A program made the position numbers and the translations under genes. This document shows, piece after piece, positions 35,534-44,625 of a stretch of DNA of 64,000 nt; the first letter of the stretch is position 1, and each line of letters starts with the position of its first letter. Source of the stretch: Lepidodermella squamata. Its lineage: Eukaryota > Animalia > Gastrotricha. The stretch lies in the NCBI GenBank assembly GCA_047495785.1, contig JBLDXI010000017.1, forward strand, positions 1,364,001 to 1,428,000. Direction: 5' to 3'. The notes beneath the pieces were generated by a model. It made no database searches and was not told where the DNA came from. It was given only the letters and a program-made list of their open reading frames with translations.

Positions 35534-36445
35534 TTATTCAGAGGTGTCGAATTCCGGGGAATATTCGCTCTCCTCTTCATCTTGACGCTCATCTGTAAAT
35601 CGGAAAAAATGAAAGGAAAAATGGATTAAAATGTTAATATATACCGAAGGATTCATCCTCATCTTCACGGGCCTCTGTTCGATGATGGTAAGTTTCAGTG
35701 TGTGACAATTGAGTTGGAAAAATGCAAAAGGTTACCAAGGGTCACCTCCTCAGCTTGGGTAGCTTCTGTTCATTAACCATTTTAACGATCTTGGTAATTT
35801 TTAGGCAATTGAAACAAACCGTATTCATCTTCGTCCTCGCGCTCTTCTATACATGAACAATTAAATTATTTTTTTTTGCATTATTTTTATATTATCTTAC
35901 CGACTGAATATTCATCGTCGTCCTCGCGCTCAACTGCAAAGCAAAAAATTATGAATTCAACTCAAGAGGTACTTGAGAGGACTTACCGATCTCGTCTGTG
36001 AGTTCATTTTTTTGATGAAAAATGATATATTATTCACTGTTAATTATACTATAAAAAATGTGTACCATCACCAGTCTCGTCCTGGCGTTCATCTGGTAAT
36101 AATTCAAGGGTTATTTTGGAAAGCGCTAAGTTTTAGAAGTCACATACCAATATCATCTTCATCCTGACGCTCCTCTGGAAAAAAGAGGACATTTAATCCA
36201 AATAATACTCGGAATATACGAGAAAATACCAAGCTGAACAGTGTAGATTGGCTGTTCATCCTCATCCTGACGCTCAGTAACGTCATTAGCAACGTCATTG
36301 GCGACGTCATCGGCTGCAAACATCAAAATTGGTTTAGCAATACATTTTCAAAAATTCTATATTTACTGGTTTCGTAGGTTTCCTCGTAAACTGGCGCCGA
36401 TCGGGCGACGACGAAGATAACGGCAAGGATAATGGCGACCTTCAT
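35534..36445 (-). CDS. Secreted acidic repeat protein (134 aa) from a microexon gene; exons 36445-36367, 36313-36230, 36174-36148, 36092-36066, 35995-35987, 35933-35901, 35846-35820, 35765-35736, 35674-35645, 35592-35534
   Basis: Signal peptide MKVAIILAVIFVVARSA; ten exons with GT-AG introns of 52-70 nt, all phase 1; repeated xER(Q/E)DEDE units; TATA-like TATAAA ~100 nt upstream of the ATG. Absent from the ORF track. Confidence 0.85.
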
Positions 36446-36857
36446 AGTTTTCGTTGAAAAACTTGGCTAACCGGGACTGGAAAAAATTACTTCCTGAAAA
36501 CAAAATGAACCGAATGAATCGAAAATAGCGGCTGTTTTTGTTTTTATACCCGCTAATTTTTCGCTATTTTTTATCGCCTGTGACAAACTGAGTGTTTCAG
36601 TTCCAGCCCGCGTGACGCTATATCAAGTTTCTGGGAAATCGGCCCGCTGTCGCGTCGCCACGCCGCTCACCTGGGCGACGCACGATAATTCGTGTTCAAC
36701 TCGATAAAACACTTGCAAAAAACACACGGCAAAAAATGGTGCAGGCGTCAATTTCCCACTTTATTCGCGCTATACCTGGTAATTTTTCAGCATATTGTTA
36801 TTTTACCACCGAGAGCAAGCCAACAAATTATCAGTGTCAAAACAGGATCTTTGCAGC

Positions 36858-37684
36858 TTACATCGAGTTAAGATGGACCTTCTTGACGTGGTGCTTTTTC
36901 GGTTTTTCTGGAATTGGGAAAATTGATAAATTGTTGCTTGAATATAGCAGTTATATTTACCTTCAACATCCTCTTGAGGCTCCTCGTTTTCGCCCTCTGC
37001 GTCCGCACTCTCATCCTGGCGAGTCGGGCGGCGACCAGCTCGAGCCGGTGCAACATCCTCACGGCTATCTTGGGGCAAGCGGTCGTGGTAAGGGCTGCGG
37101 GTAGGCGGTGGTCGTCGGGTAACGCGCCTGGTCACATCGCCACGGCGGTCTTGAGCTAGGCGGTCGTGGTTCGGGCTGCGGGTTGGCGCCGGTTTCCGGT
37201 TTACCCGCTCAACTGCACGGCGAGCTACCTCTTGTTCCTCATCTTCATCTTCACTTTCATTGCTGGGTTCTGCGGGAAATTCCAGAATCCAGCTTAAGAT
37301 TAGAGATTAAATTAAAAATAGTTACCCTGCTCTTCTTCTTCCTCTTCATCCTCGTCTTCCTCATGGTGATGCCGCTTGGCTGGTTGAAGCTCACGTTTAG
37401 CCTGGTTTTCCGCTATACAAAAAATCGATAAAATTAGGTGGGGATAAAATGAAATAGATCTCACCCTCTTCGCCCTCCTCCGAGCTCGGCTCGTCGTCGA
37501 ATGGTTGTTTGTGATGATTGGGTGATCTGGTTACAGGTGGGCGACGGGTCGGTCTTACCGGTCTACGGTCGACAGCCGCCTCCTTGCTCGCAGTAGAATC
37601 ATCCTCTACGGGTCGAAGAGACCTAGCCTCAACGAAAACAGCGACCATCAAGATCGCAACAGTGAGAAATAGAATAACTCTCAT
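36858..37684 (-). CDS. Secreted Arg/Pro/His- and Glu/Asp-block protein (221 aa); exons 37684-37465, 37412-37326, 37269-36961, 36907-36858
   Basis: Signal peptide MRVILFLTVAILMVAVFVEA; three R(R/K)PxxTRSP(N/Y)H repeats, KR/RR dibasic sites, poly-Glu runs; all introns phase 1; ATATAAA upstream. Confidence 0.85.
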
Positions 37685-38201
37685 TATTTTTTTCGAATTA
37701 TAATTCTCGGTAGAATTACCAGCTGAAATTTTGAAATGAAAGATTCCCGACGGTTTATATATCTTGGGTTACGCCTGATGCTCGAAGTGGGGAAATATAT
37801 CGGGTGATATGCAAATTTCATCCCACGACGAGCTAATTAACCCCGATTTCGCAACGTCCAAGTCGGCAAATTAAGCCTAATTTGTATGCCTCAATGTTTA
37901 GACTCACGAGCCTCGTAAATGGGAATTCAACAGGTGGTGTCAAGTTCGCAATACCAGTCACCTTAATACACTTTCTGGAAAAAAACAACGCGTCATCAAC
38001 ATTTCCCATAATTCATTTTATTTTTATAGCAGATAACTGCTTTGGAATAAATGATTAATAATAATACATTTTTTTCGTCGAAATCATGCACAAGAAAAAT
38101 TGTTCTTTTAGAGACAGACAAAAGCGCGGAAATAGCGAAAAATAAAATAGGTATCAATAATCCCATTGAATGATTAATTACGACTTATTATTATTTCATC
38201 A

Positions 38202-38957
38202 TCACTTGACAAAAATTTTAATAGCGATAACACCGCCTAGTATGAGCAGTTCGGCAACAATAATTCCGATTAGGAGCATTTTGCTCTGAAGGACATTGCA
38301 CCGAAGACGCTGAATAATTCTCGTGCTTAGCGAAAGTTCAGCATTTGTGTCATTCAACCGCTCTCGAGTTCTTTCCAGCTTCTCGCGTTGCAGACCTAGC
38401 TCTGCCGCGGTATCAACACCGATTTGTTCGGTTTCTAGGGCCAGATGATGGGTCCGATGCAGAGTGGCGCTGCCTTGTTCAAGGATCTGAGTGCCGAGTT
38501 GCAATTGACGTTGAACGGAATCATCAACAGCGGCTCGGTTTCGGAATTCTTGCTCGGCTGCAACGTTCGATTGCCATCTTTGCGTGCCGGTAGTTGATCG
38601 ATATCGATTCTGAAGGTGAAGAAACAGTCAAATAAACTCTCGGGACACTGCAGTTTCAACTCACAAGTTCAGCGTAGATTTGATCGCGTTCACGTCGAAG
38701 TTGTCGAGCGTCGTTCAGGAAACGCGGCTCCAGACGAGCACGCTCTTCAATGCCGGAAATCTATACAGAAAATGTAACTTCTTAAAATCATTTATATCAA
38801 ATTCGGAACATACGATGAAGTCTAGTTCTTCAACATCCTCCTCGATTCCGCGGATGATTGTGCTCCGTTGTTCAGCAGTTTTAACATTGATTAGTTCAGC
38901 GAATTTCCCGGCAATGCGCTGCGCAACTTGCCTGAATTCTGCATCCAACGACGTCAT
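38202..38957 (-). CDS. VTI1: Vti1-family Qb-SNARE (Vti1b-like); exons 38957-38814, 38760-38665, 38609-38202
   Basis: SNARE motif LALETEQIGVDTAAELGLQREKLERTRERLNDTNAELSLSTRIIQRL, C-terminal TM anchor, N-terminal helical region. Confidence 0.85.
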
Positions 38958-40392
38958 TGCATATAATAAAGCCTTAATAAAATGAATAATGAATAAATTT
39001 ATCCCTGTGCACACAAACTGTCTTCTAATGTAAAATCCGATGTTCCAAATGGTCGCTCCTCACATAAATTTCATCAGCTAAGAGTAGTTACGAAAAAACC
39101 TCTGCATTGTTAAGCCAGAAAACGTTAGGGTAGCGACATTTTTCCTAGCAAGTGATCATTCGGAATAAAAATTTCCAAAGCGACGATTCGATGAGGCTGT
39201 ATAGCAAGACGTTTGGCGTGTAACTGAGCGATTTGAACACTGCAATATGTGTGCACATTGTGTGCGTCTTTTCCGCATCGGCGGGTTAGTACTTCCAACC
39301 TGCAACATGGTGAGGCAAAGCATCGAAGCCTAATTCCAAGTAGTTTCACTATGCACCATCCTACACCATCGACAGGCTACACGGTTATAAACAGTATGTC
39401 GCAAAACATTCAATTTGCAAAGTAGTTTCGATGAGATAAATTGAGGCCGGTAATTTTGGGTAAGTATTAAGCAAACGCTTAAGTAAAAATTTTCCAGTTC
39501 AGATTTCTATTTGTTGGTGATCTGACCACTTTTTGGTGCTCTTTCGACGATTATGAGATGGAATCGATAACGCCCAATCAAATTTATAATGGGCGCGCAA
39601 CGTGGAAAATATGAACTACTATTACTTCATGGCATACCACCAAGAGCCTGATGAAGTAATGACCATAAGTACTTGTATGCAGCACTTACTAGGATGGTAA
39701 GCTGTCGTAGATGGTAGTTATATGTATCGTCGACAGCGCTTCCACCATCTACTGCAGAGCGGTTATGCTCAGCATAGCAGTTTTTAATCGAAAATCTGCA
39801 ATAGACTATTGAACGAAACTGCATCCAAATACGAACGATTCATCGTCCAAGCCAAAACGACAGTGAACATATATATGGGCATGATTCATTGGCATCCTTT
39901 CAAACCGATGTCAATCATGGTGACTAAGAAGCATAACGGCGGGTTAACTGACAGGTGCACATTAAGATTCGGATACGAGAGATAGCTTAAGCGAATGCTA
40001 ACTGTCAGTTAGCTTTCGATCATAGCCATTCATATAACCTTGCGCCTTGCGGATTAAAAAGAACACTTAGAGAACTCCCCAATCAAGTTGAATCTTGTTT
40101 ATTTCTGGCAGATTAGTGTTTGAATTGGGCCCAATCGATCGGATATGTTATAGCCCCAGGATAAGTAACGCAATAGAGCCTGTGAGCGTTTCTTACTCGT
40201 GGCCAAGAGGCAGTGGCACCGTGATCCTTTCCGAGGATGCCAAAACCGAAGATGATCGAGATCGGAGCTTCAAATCGCGGCCGCTCTGCCTGCCTGCCTG
40301 CCCTCATAACTAGGGAACCTCAGGATCCCTAGAAAGCAAATTAGATCATTGGGCAGAGGAAAGCCCTATTGTCAAAGGTAATTTGCCAATCC

Positions 40393-43300
40393 TCAGACAG
40401 TAGTTTGAATGGCTGTGCTAACTATTTTCTCCAGACGTTTGAAGAAAATTAAGGTATTTTTTACAATTCTATTGTCAGCACTAAGCAGCCTTGCAGGGTC
40501 GTGGCCAGCAACAGATAAACAGTCGTAAGAAATATGGTAGGCTAACTGGCTCAGAGGAGTAACGTTACCACAGAACATACATGTAACATCATCAATTCTG
40601 AAAATAAAATGTTCGATACGGCGAAAGACGGTGTTCGTGACGACTCGCAGAGCAGTACTTCTAAGGTCAGGTGGATAATTTTCGAATATCTTACTAATGC
40701 CAAAGTAACCGTCCCTGGCTAATAGGTAGCTGGCATTATATTTATTATGAAATTTGACAGATAGTTCAGAAACATAGCAGTCTTTGACTAGGTTGAAAAA
40801 TTGCTCCATGACTGCCGGGTCACGCATAAACCAGAAGTCGGGAGGCAGATTGTAGGATAATAGAAATTTACGAATTGCGTGGATGGGATTTAAGACACCC
40901 ATCTTCGGACGAGAATGGAAGTAAAAAGAAAAAGCATCATTCACTAAGGGGTTGGCACATTTCGTCAGCTCACATGTAAACTTGACTGCATTGAGTTTCG
41001 CCTTTAGGCTAGGGGGAATAAGTCCCATAACAAAACCAGTTGATAAACTAGACGCATTGTACGGAATGTCGCGCGCTCTTTTATAATACTTATAACAGAC
41101 GCTGTCCAATTTAGCAACACGGCTAGGGGCGAAGAGGCCCCAGAGTTCGGAGCCTGCAAGCATCGCCGCTTCAATTTTGCTACAAAATAGTGTATCCAAG
41201 TTATTGCGTTCTATCATACTCAATTTGATCCTATGAGAGGAAAGAGCGTTGTAACAGCTATTGCCACGTGTAAGCGCATTTTCAATAGCTTCAAACCAGC
41301 TCAAGTCGCTGGATATCGGTACGCCTAGGTAGAAATCAGATTTTACAACTTTGAGAGGTACGCCGTTCATATTAAAGGAGTAACGGTCAGGTGAAACAGG
41401 AGCTTGGGAAAAAATGATAACTTTCGTTTTACCGGGGTTAGGGCTGAGCCCTTCTCTAGTAGAATACGTCGACATAGCATCAATCTGTATTTGCAAATCC
41501 ACCGCGTTAGTTGCAGTGGGTGTGGAGTCGTCCGCATATAATACGCAAAGTACCTTGGTAGAAAGTAACTTGGGAATGTCTGATAGATTTTTGGCATTCT
41601 CAGCCAGATGAAGAGGCAAATCGGCGGTATACAGATTGTACATTAGGGGACCTAAGACGTCACCCTGTCTAACACCGCGTTCAATGGCGATGTCTGCAAT
41701 AGACAGTTTGCTGCCAACTCGCACTTTGGCTTTAGCATCGGAATAGAGAGAGTTCAATCTCTTGGCAAAGGAAGATGAGATACCTAATCGCTGGCATTTC
41801 CATATAAGACGGTTGTGAGGAACGCAGTCGAAAGCTTTAGTAAAGTCGATTAAACATATAAAGAGCATTCTACCGCGAACGTGGATTTGGTACGTCGCCA
41901 ACGACTGAAGGACGAAAGCCGCGTGTAAGCGCGATAATCCTTTTTCGAAACCAAACTGCTCTTCAGGTATGATCGAGTGAATTCTACACCACTTTTCCAG
42001 TCTCAATTTCAGTATAGTAGAATAAGTTTTGTATATTACGGATAAAAGAGATAATGGCCGGTAGTTGTCCGGCTTAGAGGAGTCACCTTTTTTGAACAAG
42101 GTGCAAAACAGAGACAAATTTAGTCCCGATGGCAGGGTGTAGCTAAGGAAACACGGTTCAAAAATTTTAAAGAGCGTCTTGCTGAAAAAAGAAACATTCA
42201 GGTCACTGTGTTGCATGAATTCAGCTGTAATACCATCCGGGCCGGGCGCCTTACCTGCTTTTTGAAGTTCTATGGCCATTTTGACTTCGTCAATAGTCAA
42301 AGGAGCATCCAGTATTGGGTCTGATGTTGTGAGTTCGAGTGGGGGTGAGACAACATTCCGATTTCGGTAGAGCTCCCCGAAAAATTCGACCCATTCGTGC
42401 ATCTGCGGTTGATTTTGGGGAGAAAGAGGCGCTGTTTTGAAAGCCACCCAGAGAGAACGTTTAGTTTTATCGCTGTTGATTACTGATATTTCCTTGTTAC
42501 GATTTAATATGCGGCGCATTTTGCGCGAGGCGTTAGCTTGTTTTCTGTATAAACAAAAATTCACATGATCCCCGACATCCGGGCGGGTCGAGTCGGCCTC
42601 GATAATTTTAGTATCATAAGGGATGTGGCCTCTAGTGGCAAAATTACTGATAAGATCTAGCGTAGAGCGCAAAGCATCGTTAGGCATTTGAGGTAAGTTA
42701 TCCGCAAATGAGTCGATGTCAGTATTTAAAAGGTGATTATGGAACGCACCTGAATCGAAGTGCACCTTAGTATAAGACGTGGAAGCGCTAGTCTGCTTAA
42801 ATGTGATCTCATCTGATTTCAAATAGTATGCTATGGGAAAGTGGTCAGAGTTAATGATATCCTGGCGAACAGAAAAAGTTGAGAATTTGCTCGCCAGCAA
42901 ATCTGGAGGAAGGAGACAGTAATCGATCACGGATTGACCGTTGTGACCAACAAAGGTGAATTCGCCTTGACGGTCGCCACTGCAGCGACCATTCGCGACA
43001 TAACAGGACATATGATTACACATAGAGAAAAAATGTTTGACCACGCTAGAGGTGGATACACTAGTGTCCTTGGATCTGCGAGGCGCTAGTGGGTAGAAAG
43101 CTTCGTCATCAGTTAAGGTTTCCGACTGATTGCCTATTCTTATGTTGAAGTCTCCGACTAACAAAGGAACGTCATAAGTCGATGAATAAGTGTCATGTAA
43201 ACTAGTTATTTTTTCTAAAACTTGAATTTGACTGGTAGCCGAGTATGGTCGATTATAGACGATAAAGAGTCCCATGATGGTATTCACGCCACGTAACAAT

Positions 43301-43596
43301 TTTGCCTGGACTCTAACTAGAATTATCGATTCATTAGAGAAAAGTAAGGATGGTTTCAAGTCTTTACGAATAGCGACGGTCATGCCGCCACTAATACTTT
43401 TGGTATTGATGTCACGAACAGGAGGGGCGGAGAATATTGCGTAACCAGATATAGACTTTGGTTCCGTACCGAAGGTTTCGACCAAGGCAAAGATTAAGAA
43501 TTGTTTCAGGGTTTTCATGTGGTTTTCAGCTTTAAGACCCGAATGAATGTTCCAAAACAAAATAGAAAAGTTCCAGTCACTAGATTTCAGCAAAAC
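40393..43596 (-). CDS. LINE ORF2: AP endonuclease + reverse transcriptase + C-terminal Cys/His motif
   Basis: APE motifs FWNIH, LVET, VYNRP, GDFN, IDY, SDHFPI; RT motifs KAPGPDG, NYRPLSLL, QFGF, IDFTKAFD, GVRQGDVLGP, YADD, YLG; CMFC..HISYDC. Confidence 0.95.
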   Translation of the reverse strand, partial: VLLKSSDWNFSILFWNIHSGLKAENHMKTLKQFLIFALVETFGTEPKSISGYAIFSAPPVRDINTKSISGGMTVAIRKDLKPSLLFSNESIILVRVQAKLLRGVNTIMGLFIVYNRPYSATSQIQVLEKITSLHDTYSSTYDVPLLVGDFNIRIGNQSETLTDDEAFYPLAPRRSKDTSVSTSSVVKHFFSMCNHMSCYVANGRCSGDRQGEFTFVGHNGQSVIDYCLLPPDLLASKFSTFSVRQDIINSDHFPIAYYLKSDEITFKQTSASTSYTKVHFDSGAFHNHLLNTDIDSFADNLPQMPNDALRSTLDLISNFATRGHIPYDTKIIEADSTRPDVGDHVNFCLYRKQANASRKMRRILNRNKEISVINSDKTKRSLWVAFKTAPLSPQNQPQMHEWVEFFGELYRNRNVVSPPLELTTSDPILDAPLTIDEVKMAIELQKAGKAPGPDGITAEFMQHSDLNVSFFSKTLFKIFEPCFLSYTLPSGLNLSLFCTLFKKGDSSKPDNYRPLSLLSVIYKTYSTILKLRLEKWCRIHSIIPEEQFGFEKGLSRLHAAFVLQSLATYQIHVRGRMLFICLIDFTKAFDCVPHNRLIWKCQRLGISSSFAKRLNSLYSDAKAKVRVGSKLSIADIAIERGVRQGDVLGPLMYNLYTADLPLHLAENAKNLSDIPKLLSTKVLCVLYADDSTPTATNAVDLQIQIDAMSTYSTREGLSPNPGKTKVIIFSQAPVSPDRYSFNMNGVPLKVVKSDFYLGVPISSDLSWFEAIENALTRGNSCYNALSSHRIKLSMIERNNLDTLFCSKIEAAMLAGSELWGLFAPSRVAKLDSVCYKYYKRARDIPYNASSLSTGFVMGLIPPSLKAKLNAVKFTCELTKCANPLVNDAFSFYFHSRPKMGVLNPIHAIRKFLLSYNLPPDFWFMRDPAVMEQFFNLVKDCYVSELSVKFHNKYNASYLLARDGYFGISKIFENYPPDLRSTALRVVTNTVFRRIEHFIFRIDDVTCMFCGNVTPLSQLAYHISYDCLSVAGHDPARLLSADNRIVKNTLIFFKRLEKIVSTAIQTTV

Positions 43597-44625
43597 CTAT
43601 TGCGACATTTCATTACCTGGTGCCCGCCATGGGGGAACATGGTTCTCGGCCGGGCCCGTAGCAGGCACGATCAATCCTGTAACAAAGCAATATTGATAGT
43701 TACCAAGATTGGTGAACAGCCGGTTTGCCACAATGTCCGCGTACGTAAGTGCTGCATTGTGTTGCTCCATCAGAGATTTCTTCTTGGCTGCGAGGGCAGC
43801 ACGAGTGGATCTCTCCATTGGTCCTTTGGAAGGGTAGACTTTGAGCCCACCCAATGCTAGCTTGGGGAAGGATGAGCGATCGAGTATTTTGCGCCGATTG
43901 TCGTCAGACAACTTGGTGTAACACACAACTGTAGCTGTTGGGCGAGTTTGGCCTTGTCGCGGGGGGAGATGAATAACTTTTTCCACGACGTCCGATGTTA
44001 GAGCGTTTTTGATATCTTCGTCAATCGCCAGGGCTTTCACCTGATCGATAAAGTCCGTAGGGGAGGTAGCGCCCAATCCAGACACAAATAGGCTGTCAAC
44101 TTGTTGGTGATCTTCTTTTTCGCGTGTGATGGCCAGGCCGCAGAGTCTGTTGACAGCAGTTTTGAGCATGGCATTCTCTTGTGAGACCAGCTGTAACTCA
44201 TTATTCATGTTTGCGAATTGCTTCGCATTCTCCGTCTTGAGCTCATTATAGCGGGCCTCAGATTGCTCCAGCTTGGCGTTCAATTTTTCAAATTCCGCGA
44301 GGAAAAGTTTAACAAGGGTTGACAACGAGCTACTGAGGTTGGCTTGTAATTCTACAGCCCACTGTGGCGCATCAGAAGAGAGCGGTTTTTTCGTGTTTTT
44401 GCCACCGCCGCCACGATAGTCTACATCGTTGGGGTTAACGGGGCTCAGCTCATCGATTGAGCGGGTGTTTTTATTGCGCATTAATGAATCCATAAATCGA
44501 GGCGTTGACGCCAATAGATACGGGTCTACGTTAGCATTGACTAAAGTTACTGGCAAGTTCTGCCTACTGCCATTAAGCAGGTTTTGAATAAAGCTTACAT
44601 CAGCTAAATTCTTCGCTTCTCCCAT
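43597..44625 (-). CDS. LINE ORF1 (coiled-coil, probable nucleic-acid chaperone)
   Basis: 342-aa ORF directly upstream of ORF2 with a heptad coiled coil (LNAKLEQSEARYNELKTENAK..LVSQENAMLK) and a downstream LFVSGL segment. Confidence 0.8.
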   Translation of the reverse strand: MGEAKNLADVSFIQNLLNGSRQNLPVTLVNANVDPYLLASTPRFMDSLMRNKNTRSIDELSPVNPNDVDYRGGGGKNTKKPLSSDAPQWAVELQANLSSSLSTLVKLFLAEFEKLNAKLEQSEARYNELKTENAKQFANMNNELQLVSQENAMLKTAVNRLCGLAITREKEDHQQVDSLFVSGLGATSPTDFIDQVKALAIDEDIKNALTSDVVEKVIHLPPRQGQTRPTATVVCYTKLSDDNRRKILDRSSFPKLALGGLKVYPSKGPMERSTRAALAAKKKSLMEQHNAALTYADIVANRLFTNLGNYQYCFVTGLIVPATGPAENHVPPWRAPGNEMSQ

